Positions 20,819 to 35,585 of a stretch of DNA of 64,000 nucleotides are shown in pieces (within the stretch, counting starts at the first letter, position 1; each line of letters starts with the position of its first letter). Made by a program: the position numbers and the translations under genes. A model generated the notes under the pieces. The model made no database searches, was not told the origin of the DNA, and saw only the letters and a list, made by a program, of their open reading frames with translations. The stretch is from Anaeromyxobacter sp. GTDB taxonomy: Bacteria > Myxococcota > Myxococcia > Myxococcales > Anaeromyxobacteraceae. Location of the stretch: assembly GCA_049840735.1 (NCBI GenBank), contig JASGJN010000002.1, positions 96,001-160,000 on the forward strand, read 5' to 3'.

Positions 20819-21922
20819 CTACCGGTCCTTCCGGGCCTCGCAGGCCCGCAGGAGGCGTCGGGCCTCGGCCAGCAGCGCCCGCTCCCCGCGGGCGCCCTGC
20901 ACCGCCTGGCGTAGCCCCTGGAGCCCTGCCTGCGTGCTCGAGACCTCCGGGACCGGGAACGCCCGCGCCGCCGCCGCGAGCCGGGCCTCGGCGGCGCCTG
21001 CTCCGCCCAGCACGGCCGGCTCGAGCCCCTCGAACCAGGCATCGCCCGAGGCGTCGGGCCCGGCCCGGAGCGCGGCGAGCTCGACGGCGGCGTCCGCCGC
21101 CTGGTCGGCCACCGGTCCGGGGATCCGCCCCTGGGCCGCGGCCAGCGCGACCGCGCCCGGCACGAGGCTGGCCTGCCGCTGCAGCAGCTCGAGCTGGGCG
21201 CGCGCCGGCGGCACCCTGCGATCGAGCGCCTCCTCGAGCCGCTCCACCTGCCGGCGCTCCGGCTCGCACCGCCCGGGCGCCCGCCGCAGGTCCCAGGCCA
21301 GGCGGGTGTTCCCCTCGGCGGCCTGGCCGGCCAGGCGGTCCGGCCGCGCCGGATCCTGCTGGCCGGCGCCGGTCACCGTGCGGGCGGCGCCTTCCCACTC
21401 GCCGGCGGCGCTGGTCCGCGCCGGGGCGACCGTGCGGCAGCCGCCGCTGGTGCTGCTCTCGGAGGCGATCTCGGTCCGGCCGCGCGCAGCGGGCAGCGCG
21501 AGCTCGATGGTGTAGGTCCCGTCGTCGGCGAGGACGATCGAGACCTGGGCCTCCGCCTGCGCCAGCCCGGACATCGCCGTTCGCTCGGTGGTCACGGTGC
21601 GCTGGGTCTGCCAGCGCGGCGGCGCGAGCGCGCGCTCCTCGCAGTTCATCCTCAGCTCGCTGCGGCTCGAGGCGGTGCCGGCCCAGGTCTCCTCGACCTG
21701 CGCCGTGGCCTCGCCGCCGGCCTGGAGCATCACCCGGGCGACGAAGCGGACGCGCAGCTCCGACCGCGAGCCGTTCCCCGCGTCGCCGGTCTCGGTGACC
21801 TGCGCATCGGACTCCTCCACCTCGAGGGTCCCCATCCAGCGCTCCGCGGCGGGCGCCGGCGCCGGGCGGAGCAGGAGGACGGCCAGGAGGGCCGGCAGGG
21901 TGCGCGACGCGGTGGGCAGCAC
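20819..21922 (-). CDS. Secreted hypothetical protein
   Basis: Signal-like N-terminus; beta-rich N half and helical C half; fills the xerC-hslV gap. Confidence 0.6.
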   Translation of the reverse strand: MLPTASRTLPALLAVLLLRPAPAPAAERWMGTLEVEESDAQVTETGDAGNGSRSELRVRFVARVMLQAGGEATAQVEETWAGTASSRSELRMNCEERALAPPRWQTQRTVTTERTAMSGLAQAEAQVSIVLADDGTYTIELALPAARGRTEIASESSTSGGCRTVAPARTSAAGEWEGAARTVTGAGQQDPARPDRLAGQAAEGNTRLAWDLRRAPGRCEPERRQVERLEEALDRRVPPARAQLELLQRQASLVPGAVALAAAQGRIPGPVADQAADAAVELAALRAGPDASGDAWFEGLEPAVLGGAGAAEARLAAAARAFPVPEVSSTQAGLQGLRQAVQGARGERALLAEARRLLRACEARKDR

Positions 21923-21943
21923 GGGGGCTCCGGGCGGGATCCG

Positions 21944-22870
21944 CTAGGCCTTCCGCGCCCGCGGATGGGCCTGGTCGTAGACGGTGGCCAGCCGCTTCCA
22001 GTCGAGGTGGGTGTACCGCTGCGTGGTGGAGAGCGAGGCGTGGCCCAGCAGCTCCTGGATGCCGCGCAGGTCGGCGCCGTTGCCCAGCAGGTGGGTGGCG
22101 AAGCAGTGGCGGAGCACGTGCGGGTGGACGTGGCGCGGGAGGCCGGCCTCCAGCACCCAGCGGTCGAGCAGGCGCGCCACCGAGCGGCTGGTGAGGCGTC
22201 CGCCGCGGTGGTTCAGGAACAGCGCCGCGCCGGCCCGGGCGCGCTCGGGCCCGGCCGCCAGCACCACCCGCCCCTCGTCGAGGTACCGGCGCAGCGCCTC
22301 GGCGGCGGGCCGGCCGAAGGGGACGATCCGCTCCTTGCGCCGCTTGCCCAGCACCCGCACCAGCCCGCCGGACAGGTCCAGGTCCTCCCGGTCCAGGCCG
22401 GTCAGCTCGGAGACGCGGAGGCCGCTGCCGTAGAGCAGCTCCAGGAAGGCGCGATCGCGCAGGCGGAGCGGCTGCGAGAGCGGCCCGGGCGCCTCCACCA
22501 GCGCCGCCACCTCGGCCTCGGGCAGCACCTCCGGCAGCCGCTTGGGGCGGCGCGGCGAGGCCACCCCGCGGGCCGGGTTCCCGGCCGCCAGCCCCTCGCG
22601 GACCAGGAAGCTGTAGAGCGAGCGGATGGCCGAGAGCTTCCGGCCCAGGCTCACCGCCCCCGCCTCGCCGGCCGCCCGGGCCAGGTAGGCGCGGATCAGC
22701 GCGGTCGAGGACGGGATGACGCCCTGCCCGACCGAGGCCAGGTAGCCGGCGTACTGCGCGAGGTCGATCCGGTAGGCCTTGAGCGTGTGGGGCGAGGCCC
22801 GGCGCTCGGTGGCCAGGTAGCGGTCGAACCGCTGGATCTCCGGGGGCAGCGCGGCGACGTCGATGGCCAC
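21944..22870 (-). CDS. xerC: Tyrosine recombinase XerC
   Basis: SPHTLKAY, GLRVSEL, HPHVLRHCFATH, LLGHASLSTTQRY; position upstream of hslVU. Confidence 0.93.
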   Translation of the reverse strand: MAIDVAALPPEIQRFDRYLATERRASPHTLKAYRIDLAQYAGYLASVGQGVIPSSTALIRAYLARAAGEAGAVSLGRKLSAIRSLYSFLVREGLAAGNPARGVASPRRPKRLPEVLPEAEVAALVEAPGPLSQPLRLRDRAFLELLYGSGLRVSELTGLDREDLDLSGGLVRVLGKRRKERIVPFGRPAAEALRRYLDEGRVVLAAGPERARAGAALFLNHRGGRLTSRSVARLLDRWVLEAGLPRHVHPHVLRHCFATHLLGNGADLRGIQELLGHASLSTTQRYTHLDWKRLATVYDQAHPRARKA

Positions 22871-22938
22871 GGCCCAAGCCTACCCCGGGGCGCGGGCGGC
22901 GCCGAGTTTTGCAGCGCCGTCCGCCCTTCCGGCCGCGC

Positions 22939-25389
22939 CTACTCCCGGCTCCGCGGCGGCAGGATCGCGTCCGGCCCCAGCGCGTGGGCCACGTCCACCG
23001 CCTGCTCGGCGCCCGGCCCGTGGCAGACCTGGCAGGTCTCCACCGGCCCCTCCGGCGAGGCCCAGGTGTTGAGCGCGGCGTGACCGGCCTCGGCGGCGGA
23101 GTCGTGGCAGCCCAGGCAGCTCGCGGTGGAGGGCGCCTGCCAGGCCACGTTGCGGCAGGTGCCGGCCTGGCAGGCCTGGCCCACGCTGCAGGCCGAGTCG
23201 TCGTTGCAGCTGCCGCCCTCGTCGGCGTGGCAGGACCTGCAGTTGCGCAGGTCCACCGGCAGCAGCGTCTCGGAGAAGGACAGGTAGAGGTTGCTGAAGC
23301 CCACCAGCCCGTAGAGGCCCGGCTCCACCCGGTTGTTCCGCTCCGCGTAGCCATCCAGCGTCCGCGCGGCGTGGAGCCGGTGGGCCAGCTCCCCCAGCGC
23401 GATGCTGGCGCCCGGGGTCGGGTCCTCCGTCATGATGCAGCGGGAGGCCTGGCAGGTCTCCCAGCCGCCGGCGTAGCCGAGGCAGTCCGACGGCTCCGCG
23501 CAGGACTGGCCGGCCGAGCCCACCGCCCGGTCGAGCGCGCCGGCGGTGTGGCAGGTGACGCACCCCTCCACCGGACGGCGCGAGCCGCCGTGGGCCTGCA
23601 GCTGGCCGTGGCAGGCGTTGCACGCGTCGTCGGTGACCACGCGGCGGTGCCGGGCCATGGTCCCCGCTCCGAACCTCACCGGCACGACGGCGCTGGCGAC
23701 GTTGCGCCGGTTGGTGCTGCCCGTGAGCACGGACCTGTGGACGTAGGCATAGACCAGGTAGCTGCCGGGCAGCGCGACGCCGGTCGGCTGGTCGCTGTTG
23801 AGCGGCGCCAGCGTGGCGGACGGCCAGGGCGGGCCGGCCAGCGCGTAGCGCTGCGAGGCCGCGTCGTAGGTGAGGCCGGCCTTGCTGGTGATGACGAAGA
23901 GCCGCTGGGGCGCCTCCGCAGGGCCGGCCACGAGGTAGGTCAGGGAGTAGGTGGGGTTGGTCCTCACGTCGGTGACGGGCGCGCCGGCGTCGGTCAGGCC
24001 GAACGCCAGGGTGGGGACGTCGCCCAGCTGGAACTCGCCCCCCGAGCCGCTGGCGCCGCTGACGGTCACGCCGGTCAGGGCCAGGCTCTGCGCGACGGAC
24101 GGCTGGGTGTGGCGGGCCGTGACCGGGGAGAGCGAGCCCTCTCCGCCGTGGCAGACCGCGCACTGGCTGTCATCCGCCTGGTCGGGGTGGGAGGTGCGCT
24201 GGCAGCTGCCGGTGCCGGTGTTGCAGGTCAGGAGCGCGCCGAGGCTGGCGCAGTCGGCGTCCACGGCGCAGGCCACGCCGGCCGGGCGGCCGAGGTCATG
24301 CGGCGGGTCGATCACGCCGGTCGCGAAGGAGACGTTGTCGTGGCAGGTGCCGCAGGCCAGGCGCGAGGGGCGCTCGGCCCAGCGCTGGTCGGCGTGGCAG
24401 GCGGCGCAGTCCTTCTCGCCGTCGGGCATGGAGGGGAAGACCACGTCCACGTAGTCCATCAGCGAGTGGTCGCTCCCCAGCCCGTACTCGGCGTGCGCCG
24501 CGCCCGGCGCGGTCAGGTGCCCGCCGCGGTGGATGCCATGGACCTTCCGCACGGCGGGCTGGGGCGAGTAGCCCTCCAGGTTGTGGCAGAGCTGGCAGCT
24601 CCCCGAGGGCGCCGCGTCCAGCGAGGGGAGCCCGGCCGGCGCGTAGCTGCTGGAGCGCGCGTGGGCCATCTGCATCCGCCCGGAGGTGGCGCCCAGGTGG
24701 CAGGCCGCGCAGGTGGAGCCGTCCACCGGACCGGACGCGTAGGACTCGACCGTGGCCGTGCCGATCTGCACGTCCACCAGCTCCAGCTGGTCCTTCCACT
24801 GGGCGGAGTGGAGCCGCAGGCCGGCGGTGTAGGTGCCAGGCGCCTCGTCGGAGATGGGCGCCAGCGTGTACTGGAGCGAGCCGTCCGGGAGGGTGACCAG
24901 GTTCTCCTGCGCTGGCTCGGCGTAGGTCGGCGCCTTCAGGTCGATGTGGTGCTGGAAGGGACCGGACACCGCGTTGAGCAGGCGGGTGGCGCTGCGGGTC
25001 TGCAGCGTCGCGCGCGGCCCGGCCATGAGCAGCTCGGCCGTGGAGAAGCGGTCCAGCCCCACCGCCCGGCCGCAGCCGTCATGGAGGGAGATGGTGAGCA
25101 CCACCCGATTGCCGGCGCCGAAGAATCCGGCCGCGGGCGCGGCGGCGGCAGCGAACGTCACGTGGAGCGAGGCGTCGGCCGCGTCGGGCCAGTCACAGCC
25201 CGCCGGCCCGGTCGGGCCCGTCGGACCGGTCGGACCGGTCGGCCCCGTCGGACCGGTCGGCCCCGTGGGCCCGGTCGAGCCCGTCGGGCCGGTGGGCCCG
25301 GTTGCACCCTGCGCGCCCTCCGAGCCGCTGCAGGCGGTGAGCAGCACGAACCCCAGGACGATGCCGGCGAGGAGGTGCAGGTGGCGCAT
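22939..25389 (-). CDS. Decaheme OmcA/MtrC-like outer-membrane cytochrome lipoprotein
   Basis: Lipobox LLTAC, (GPT)n linker and ten CxxCH motifs. Confidence 0.85.
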   Translation of the reverse strand: MRHLHLLAGIVLGFVLLTACSGSEGAQGATGPTGPTGSTGPTGPTGPTGPTGPTGPTGPTGPAGCDWPDAADASLHVTFAAAAAPAAGFFGAGNRVVLTISLHDGCGRAVGLDRFSTAELLMAGPRATLQTRSATRLLNAVSGPFQHHIDLKAPTYAEPAQENLVTLPDGSLQYTLAPISDEAPGTYTAGLRLHSAQWKDQLELVDVQIGTATVESYASGPVDGSTCAACHLGATSGRMQMAHARSSSYAPAGLPSLDAAPSGSCQLCHNLEGYSPQPAVRKVHGIHRGGHLTAPGAAHAEYGLGSDHSLMDYVDVVFPSMPDGEKDCAACHADQRWAERPSRLACGTCHDNVSFATGVIDPPHDLGRPAGVACAVDADCASLGALLTCNTGTGSCQRTSHPDQADDSQCAVCHGGEGSLSPVTARHTQPSVAQSLALTGVTVSGASGSGGEFQLGDVPTLAFGLTDAGAPVTDVRTNPTYSLTYLVAGPAEAPQRLFVITSKAGLTYDAASQRYALAGPPWPSATLAPLNSDQPTGVALPGSYLVYAYVHRSVLTGSTNRRNVASAVVPVRFGAGTMARHRRVVTDDACNACHGQLQAHGGSRRPVEGCVTCHTAGALDRAVGSAGQSCAEPSDCLGYAGGWETCQASRCIMTEDPTPGASIALGELAHRLHAARTLDGYAERNNRVEPGLYGLVGFSNLYLSFSETLLPVDLRNCRSCHADEGGSCNDDSACSVGQACQAGTCRNVAWQAPSTASCLGCHDSAAEAGHAALNTWASPEGPVETCQVCHGPGAEQAVDVAHALGPDAILPPRSRE

Positions 25390-25520
25390 GGCCGAGGATG
25401 CTAGCACCTGCTACGAGGTGACCAGACCGAGGGTTGCTGTCCGGGAGGAGCGACCCACCGCAAAGGCGCAGGGCGCCTGATCGCGATTAATGGTCGTCCG
25501 GGTCGAGGCCACCTGGGCCT

Positions 25521-27065
25521 CTACGGCACCTCCGCCACGTAGACGCCCTCACGCCCCTTCTCGGCGACCGCGTAGGCCAGCCGGCGCGCGTCGGGCGGGA
25601 GCAGGCGGGCCGTGCCCGGCACGACGCCGCCGTCCACGCGGGTGAGCCGGCCGGCCTCCCAGACGCCCACCTCGAGCAGCCCGTCGCCGCGGGCCCAGGT
25701 GAGGAGCAGCCGCTCCGGCCGGGCGGCGGCGAACTCGAAGGAGCGGGCCGCCTCGGCGATGGCCTCGGGCTTCTGGCCCTCCACCGGGCCGGCGGCCGGG
25801 ATCCGCTCCAGGTCGCAGGCCTCGGCGTTCCCGCCGCTGCAGCGGGTCCGGTAGTAGAGCCAGCGACCGTCGGGCGAGAAGGCGAAGCCGAACACGTCCG
25901 GCGCCACCGCGCGCGCCGCCGCGCCAGGCGCCGCGTCCAGCAGCGCCACCGCCAGGTCCACCGAGTAGCCGCCGCGCGTGGAGTGCTGCAGGAAGGCGAT
26001 GGCCTTGCCGTCGGGCGAGATCTCCGCGTCGGAGACCCGCTCGCCGAAGGTGCGCGGCGCGATCCCGGGGCCGCCGGCGCCCACCGCGCCGGAGCGGACC
26101 CGCGCGTCGTAGCGCTCCAGCCAGACCAGCCGCGGGGCCGCGGCCGCCCAGTGGTATTCGCCCACCGCCTTGCCGAGCAGCGTCACCGGCCCGCCGGGCG
26201 CGGCGAGGCGCAGGTCGCCCTGGTGCCCGGGCGTGGTCCCGGCCACGAACGCCAGCGCCGGGCCGGCCGGCTCGAAGGCGAAGCTGCTCACCGCCCTGGC
26301 CAGCGCCTGCGGGCGCGCGCCGGCGCGGGCGTCGGCCAGCTGCAGCTCGGCGCCCTCCGCGCCGATGCGGGTGAAGGCGTAGCGCTCACCGCCGCGAGAG
26401 AAGCCGTAGTCGCCCACCGCCGGGGCCAGCTTCACCGCCGGGCCGGACGCCGGGACGGCCAGCAGGTCGCCGCCGGAGGTGGAGCGGCGCCGCACCAGCG
26501 CGCGCAGCCCGCCGGGCGTCGTGGCCGGGGCCAGCTCGAAGGTGGAGGCGCCGGTGGTGCCGGGCACCGCCCCCGCCGCGCCGTCCAGGTACAGCTCGCC
26601 GCCGGCGATGTAGCCCAGCGCGCCGTCCCGCCCGAACGCGAAGAAGCCCACCCCCTGCGCCAGCTCGGCCGCCCCACCGCCCGGCGTCCAGCGTACCAGC
26701 GCGCCCTGCGCGGTGGCGTAGTCGTGGCGGGCGAGCACGCCCAGCGTCGCGCCCACCGGGCTCCAGGCCAGGCCACCGGGCAGCGTGGTCACCTGCTGGG
26801 CGACGCGCACCGGCGCCCCGGTACCATCCACCCGGGCCACCTCGAGGTCACAGCTGGCGGTGCCGGGCGGGAGCGAGCGGACGCGGGCGTCCACGCACCC
26901 GTCCAGCCAGGCCAGCCAGGCGCCGTCGGCGGAGACGGCCAGCGCCCGCGCGGTCCCCTCCCCCCGCCGGGCGCCGCCGGACGGGCGCTGCGCGGTGGGC
27001 CGGGAGGTGCACGCCGCGAGCGCGGCCAGGAGGAGCGGGAGGGCGAGGGCTGGGCGTCGGTTCAC
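25521..27065 (-). CDS. TolB-like beta-propeller lipoprotein (probable AglU homolog)
   Basis: Lipobox LAAC; repeated SPDG/FSxDG blades; sits downstream of trmFO as I recall aglU does in myxobacteria (not verified). Confidence 0.7.
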   Translation of the reverse strand: MNRRPALALPLLLAALAACTSRPTAQRPSGGARRGEGTARALAVSADGAWLAWLDGCVDARVRSLPPGTASCDLEVARVDGTGAPVRVAQQVTTLPGGLAWSPVGATLGVLARHDYATAQGALVRWTPGGGAAELAQGVGFFAFGRDGALGYIAGGELYLDGAAGAVPGTTGASTFELAPATTPGGLRALVRRRSTSGGDLLAVPASGPAVKLAPAVGDYGFSRGGERYAFTRIGAEGAELQLADARAGARPQALARAVSSFAFEPAGPALAFVAGTTPGHQGDLRLAAPGGPVTLLGKAVGEYHWAAAAPRLVWLERYDARVRSGAVGAGGPGIAPRTFGERVSDAEISPDGKAIAFLQHSTRGGYSVDLAVALLDAAPGAAARAVAPDVFGFAFSPDGRWLYYRTRCSGGNAEACDLERIPAAGPVEGQKPEAIAEAARSFEFAAARPERLLLTWARGDGLLEVGVWEAGRLTRVDGGVVPGTARLLPPDARRLAYAVAEKGREGVYVAEVP

Positions 27066-27080
27066 GGTGGCGGGAAGGTA

Positions 27081-28439
<1,359 letters not shown>

Positions 28440-28647
28440 CACGTTGCTCCGTTCCAATCCCCGAGGAGGCTGGCAACCAGCCTGCCGAGGGCTTACCGTT
28501 TCCCTGGATCCCCGAGTCCTGGCCGCCTCGCCCCGGGGTGCGCATGTTCGTCCACGGACGCGCCCAGTCCCGGCGAGGCGGCGGCGGGTGAGGGGATGGC
28601 CGGGGCCGGGCGCGCTCCACTTATCTCCCCCGGGAAAGGAACGCAAC

Positions 28648-29064
28648 GTGAGCGACAGGAACCTGGCAGCGCTGAGGCTGGACCTGCAGCGGCGCCGCCG
28701 CATCATCCTGGAGACCACGGAGCGCACCAGCGCCGAGCTGGAGGCGCTCCGCGCCGCCGAGCGCGATCCCGAGTTCGAGGAGGGCGCGCAGTCGGAGCAC
28801 GAGCAGTACACGCTGTCGCGCCTCACCGACGGGCAGCGGCGGGAGGTGGGCGCCATCGACGCCGCCATCGCCCGCATCGACGCCGGGGACTACGGCGTCT
28901 GCCGCGAGTGCGAGCGCGAGATCGACCCGCGCCGCCTGGCCGCCCTGCCCTACGCGCTGCTCTGCACCGAGTGCGCGCAGCGGGCGGAGCAGGAGCGGAG
29001 CCGCATGGCGCAGGAGCCGCCGAGTCTCTGGAAGCGGGGGCTGCGCCCCGCCCCGCCGTCCTGA
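28648..29064 (+). CDS. TraR/DksA C4 zinc-finger protein
   Basis: [30 protein letters not shown]. Confidence 0.9.
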   Translation: MSDRNLAALRLDLQRRRRIILETTERTSAELEALRAAERDPEFEEGAQSEHEQYTLSRLTDGQRREVGAIDAAIARIDAGDYGVCRECEREIDPRRLAALPYALLCTECAQRAEQERSRMAQEPPSLWKRGLRPAPPS

Positions 29065-29110
29065 GCCTGCCGAAGGACGTCGGGGCCCCACCCCTGCTGC
29101 GCGGGGCCCG
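29035..29110 (+). repeat. Dispersed palindromic repeat, family B
   Basis: CGGGGGCTGCGCCCC...GTCGGGGCCCCACCCCTGCTGC shared with 40392, 40572, 47020 and 57045 (reverse). Confidence 0.7.
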
Positions 29111-29124
29111 GGGATGGAGAGCGG

Positions 29125-29171
29125 CCGTTCGCCCTGAGCGTAGCGGCGCGAAGCGCCGCGGAGTCGAAGGG
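29125..29171 (+). repeat. REP-like palindromic element, family A
   Basis: CCGTTCGCCCTGAGC-GTAG-CGGCGC GAA GCGCCG-CGGAGTCGAAGGG. Confidence 0.82.
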
Positions 29172-29289
29172 CGCCCTCCAGCTTCGCTGGGGCCCCTCCC
29201 TGCGTGCCGCACGCGGGGCGCCCGCCCGTTCGCGGCCTTCCCTCCGGCCCGAACCTCGCCCCCCGTCCCACCCGTGGCACCATCCGGCC

Positions 29290-29961
29290 GTGCCCACCCG
29301 CGGCCAGCTCCACGCCCTCCGCGCCCGGCTCCGCGTCCGCCTGCGGGACGGCGACGCGCGCGCCGGGCTGCAGCTGGGGCGCTCGCTGGAGCGCGAGCCG
29401 CCCCGCGACCACGCCAGCGCGCGGCGCGCCTATCAACGCGCCGCAGAGGCCGGCCTGGCCGAGGCGCAGCACGCGCTGGGCGAGCTCTTGCGCGACGGCC
29501 GCGGCGGCCCGCGCGACCTGCGCGGCGCGGTCCGCTGGCTGGAGGCCGCGGCGAAGCAGGGCCACCCGGCGGCCTGCGCGGCGCTGGCCAGCGCCCGCTT
29601 CCACGGCGAGGGGCTCCCGCGCGACCGCGCCGAGGCGGTCCGGCTCTGGCGACGCGCCGCGGCGGCGGGGCTGCCCGACGCCATGCTGGCGCTGGCCACG
29701 TGCCTGCGGCAGGGCCAGGGCGTGGAGCGGGAGCCTGCCGCGGCGCTGCGCTGGGCCCGGCGCGCCGCCACCCGTGGGCACGCGGGCGCGGCGGCGTTCG
29801 TGGGGCTCGCCTACTGGTACGGGGGGTGCGGGGCGCCGCGGGACCGGGCGCGGGCCGCGCCCTGGCTGCTGGCGGCGGCCCGGAAAGGCGACGCCCGCGC
29901 AGCGGAGCTGGCGGGCGTGGCGGGGGCCAAGGCGAAGGCGGCGCCCCGGCGCGGGAGCTAG
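29290..29961 (+). CDS. Sel1-like repeat protein
   Basis: Repeated A..LG..L..G.G.PRD...A..W...AA..G units. Confidence 0.85.
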   Translation: MPTRGQLHALRARLRVRLRDGDARAGLQLGRSLEREPPRDHASARRAYQRAAEAGLAEAQHALGELLRDGRGGPRDLRGAVRWLEAAAKQGHPAACAALASARFHGEGLPRDRAEAVRLWRRAAAAGLPDAMLALATCLRQGQGVEREPAAALRWARRAATRGHAGAAAFVGLAYWYGGCGAPRDRARAAPWLLAAARKGDARAAELAGVAGAKAKAAPRRGS

Positions 29962-30542
29962 TCCTTCTTCAGCACCATGAACTTGTACTCGCCCAGCTCG
30001 GCCTGGCCGGCGGTGTACAGGATCTCCATCAGCGTCCGGTAGGAGATCCGCTTGTCGGCCACCACGTTGATGCGGCCGGTGAAGGGCGCGTCCTTGTTGA
30101 ACTGCGCGATCTTCTTCTGCTTGTCCACCTCGCGGACCAGCGCGTCGCGCAGCGGGGCCACCAGGAAGGCGTCGGCCTTGCCGCCCTCCTTCTCGGCGGT
30201 GGGGATGACCCCCGCCTCCAGCTTGACCACCCCGTGGTCGTTCACGGTCAGCTCGTCCATCGAGACCGTGACGGTGATGTTCTCCTGCGGGTGGAGCTGG
30301 GTGCTGGAGATGGGCATCGACAGGTGCTCGCCCATGTTCACGTTGATGGCGGACGCCTGGTACGACTTGAGCAGGAACACCAGGATGATGGTCATCATGT
30401 CCATCATCGCGACGATGTTGAGCTCCTTGATCTCGCCCTCGGCCTCGCGCTGCTTGCGCCGCGCGCGCCGGTAGAGCCTCTGCCGCTTCTCCTCCTGGAG
30501 CTGCTCGGGGGTGGGCCCCGTCCTCTGTGCGGCGCTGGGCAT
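29958..30542 (-). CDS. ExbD/TolR family protein
   Basis: ELNIVAMMDMMTIILVFLL TM with conserved Asp; ADKRISY. Confidence 0.9.
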   Translation of the reverse strand: MPSAAQRTGPTPEQLQEEKRQRLYRRARRKQREAEGEIKELNIVAMMDMMTIILVFLLKSYQASAINVNMGEHLSMPISSTQLHPQENITVTVSMDELTVNDHGVVKLEAGVIPTAEKEGGKADAFLVAPLRDALVREVDKQKKIAQFNKDAPFTGRINVVADKRISYRTLMEILYTAGQAELGEYKFMVLKKD

Positions 30543-30545
30543 GGG

Positions 30546-31085
30546 CTACCCGATCAGCGAGAGGGCCACGTCGAAGAAGAGCTTCTTCCGCTCCGAGGTG
30601 CCGTCCGGCTTCGTGAGGACCTGCTCGCGGCAGGCGTCCATGGTCTGGATCAGGGTGTCGTAGACGACGTCCGGATCGGCGGACAGGATCACCTGCGTCT
30701 CGGCCGGGAACTTCTCCTTCACCTTCGCCAGCTCCTCGGTGAGCGCGGCGTAGTCGTACTTGCCGGCCTTGAGCGGGATGGTGGGCGGGCGCCCGGCGTC
30801 CGGGGTGGCGGCGTCCTCGCCCAGCACGCCGCCGGCGCCGGCCAGGTAGAAGCCCTGCTTCCCGATCGCGACGGTGAGGAGCAGCTTGGGCGTGTTGTTG
30901 TCCACCTGCCCCTGCGTGGCCACCGCCTCGCCGCCGATCTTGGGGGCGGAGACGTTGAGCACGCCCAGGCTGATGAGCCCGGTCATGCTGAGCAGCATGA
31001 ACATCACCAGGTTCACCACCACGTCGAGGTACGGGACGATGTTCAGCTCGCCCGTGTGCTCTTCGTCGCGGATGCGGCGGCGCAT
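30546..31085 (-). CDS. ExbD/TolR family protein
   Basis: ELNIVPYLDVVVNLVMFML; ADPDVVYDTLIQTMD. Confidence 0.9.
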   Translation of the reverse strand: MRRRIRDEEHTGELNIVPYLDVVVNLVMFMLLSMTGLISLGVLNVSAPKIGGEAVATQGQVDNNTPKLLLTVAIGKQGFYLAGAGGVLGEDAATPDAGRPPTIPLKAGKYDYAALTEELAKVKEKFPAETQVILSADPDVVYDTLIQTMDACREQVLTKPDGTSERKKLFFDVALSLIG

Positions 31086-31109
31086 GGCGTCCCCTCGCGC
31101 GCTGGAGCG

Positions 31110-31760
31110 CTAGCCCGCCTGCTCCGCCCCGCCCTCGGCGCGGCGCGACAGCAGGTTCTCCAGCCGCAGGGCGTTGAACTCGACCTCGTCGATCATCGAC
31201 TTGGCCTTCGAGGTCAGCAGCAGGTGGGCCACGATGCAGACCACGGCGATGGTGAGGCCGAAGGCCGTGTTGTTCATGGCCTCGGAGATGCCGCGGGAGA
31301 GCATGAGCTGCTTCATCTCCGGGCTGGCGGCGCCCAGGGACTTGAAGGTGCCGATCAGGCCGGTGATGGTGCCGATGAGGCCGACCAGGGTCGCCACGTT
31401 GGCCAGCGACCAGAGCGAGGCGATGCGGCGCGAGATGGAGGGCGTGACCTCGAGGACCGCCTCCTCCAGGGCCCGGGCCACCTCCTGCTCGCCCTTGCCG
31501 GCGCGGGTCAGGCCGGCGCGCACGACGCGCGAGAGGGCGGCCTCGGGGGCGGCGCCGCAGAGCTTCACGGCGCGGTCCACGTTCCCGGAGATGACCAGCT
31601 TCTGGACCTGCTCCATGAACGGACCGGCGTTCAGGTTCAGCCGTCCGACCAGCACGATGCTCCGCTCGATGACGATCGCGACGGCGACCGCGGCGGTGAA
31701 CAGGTTCACCATCATGAACGGGCCGCCCTGCTGGAAGAACTCGGCCAGGCTCTGGAACAT
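31110..31760 (-). CDS. MotA/TolQ/ExbB proton channel protein
   Basis: ATLVGLIGTITGLI..F and GISEAMNNTAFGL. Confidence 0.92.
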   Translation of the reverse strand: MFQSLAEFFQQGGPFMMVNLFTAAVAVAIVIERSIVLVGRLNLNAGPFMEQVQKLVISGNVDRAVKLCGAAPEAALSRVVRAGLTRAGKGEQEVARALEEAVLEVTPSISRRIASLWSLANVATLVGLIGTITGLIGTFKSLGAASPEMKQLMLSRGISEAMNNTAFGLTIAVVCIVAHLLLTSKAKSMIDEVEFNALRLENLLSRRAEGGAEQAG

Positions 31761-31922
31761 CGCGTCCTCGTCTCGGCTGTGGCGCGGGTGGGGAGGGCGC
31801 ACACCCTGTGTGCGCTGGGCCCGCGTACCGACTGCGGTTTTCGATAGCAGCAGCCCACGGAGGGTGTCAAGCGACCGGGGCGGACAGGCCGCCCCGGCAC
31901 CCCCCTGCGGGCCCACGCAGTC

Positions 31923-34457
<2,535 letters not shown>

Positions 34458-34460
34458 CCT

Positions 34461-35323
34461 CTAATCCCTTCGCGGCGCAGAAAGTAATGGCCCGGTCGCT
34501 GCTCGCACAACCCTTGGAGCTCGAGGGACAGGAGGCCGGCCAGGGCCGCCCCCGCTCCCATCCCGGCGGCGCTGGCCACCTCGTCGACGTGGCGGGGCCG
34601 GCGCGCCAGCGTCCCCAGGAGCCGCCCGGCCTCGAGCGACAGGGTGGGGAGCGTCTGCTGGGCCTGCACGGCGCCCAGCCCCAGCTCGGCCAGGACGTCG
34701 GCGGCGCAGGTGACCAGCGCCGCCCCCTGCCGGATGAGCCGGTGCGGCCCGGCCGAGAGCGCGTCGCGCGCGTCCCCCGGCACGGCCAGGAGCCGGCGCC
34801 CCTGGGAGCGGGCCCGGCTGGCGGTGATGAGCGCCCCGCTCTTCCCGGCGGCGCGGACCACCACCACCGCCTCGCACATGCCGGAGATGATCCGGTTGCG
34901 CTGCGGGAAGGTCCTCGGCGAGCCGTGGGTCCCGTCGGGCAGCTCCGAGACCAGCGCGCCACCCGCCTGGAGGATCCGGGCGAACAGCGCGCGGTGCTGG
35001 GCGGGGTAGCAGACGTCCACGCCGGTCCCCAGCACGGCCACGGTGTGCCCGCCCGCGTCCAGCGCGCCCTTGTGGGCGGCGCCGTCGATGCCGCGCGCGC
35101 CGCCGGAGACCACCGACACGCCGGCGCGGGCCAGCCCGGCCGCGAGCTCGTGGGCCAGGTCGGCGCCGTACTCGTCGGTGTCGCGGGCCCCCACGATGGC
35201 GACGCGGCGCAGGTCACCGCGCAGGTCGCCGCGGACGCGCAGCTCGCCCGGGCGATCGGGGATCCCGGCGAGCAGCCCTGGGTACGGGCCGTCTCCCGGC
35301 CGGATGGTGCGCGCCACGTCCAT
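34461..35323 (-). CDS. dprA: DNA-processing protein DprA (3' end uncertain)
   Basis: VAIVGAR, VVSGGARGID, FPQRNRIISG, SGALITA; the frame reads on to 34175 as given, TAG at 34461 is one base out of frame. Confidence 0.9.
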
Positions 35324-35404
35324 GGAGGGGGGCCATATACCCGCGGGGTTTCTGAGCGTCAAGCCGAGGCCCCGCGAGCGCATGCATGGGCCGTGCAAGC
35401 GGGA

Positions 35405-35432
35405 AGGCCCTCCGCGCTGCCGCGGAGGGCCT
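35405..35432. terminator. Perfect 12-bp hairpin downstream of the LysM gene
   Basis: AGGCCCTCCGCG-CTGC-CGCGGAGGGCCT; U-tract weak. Confidence 0.5.
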
Positions 35433-35585
35433 GAAATGACGCTCGAATCTGCGCTCCGGAGCGGGGCCGCGGCGGGCCCGGGCCGGCGCCCCAGCGAGGG
35501 AGGCGGCCTCTCCCCGGGGTGGGGGCCCCTGCGACCGCTGGGGAGGGGCGTCAGCCCCTCGGCGGCCGCGGAAGCCCCCGTGCGA

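Noticed and set aside
21944..22870. Prophage or island integrase
   Set aside because: Looks like chromosomal XerC in the trmFO-xerC-hslVU context; no att sites, tRNA or phage genes seen.
25200..25320. 9-bp DNA tandem repeat
   Set aside because: Explained by the Gly-Pro-Thr linker of the cytochrome; varies at synonymous positions.
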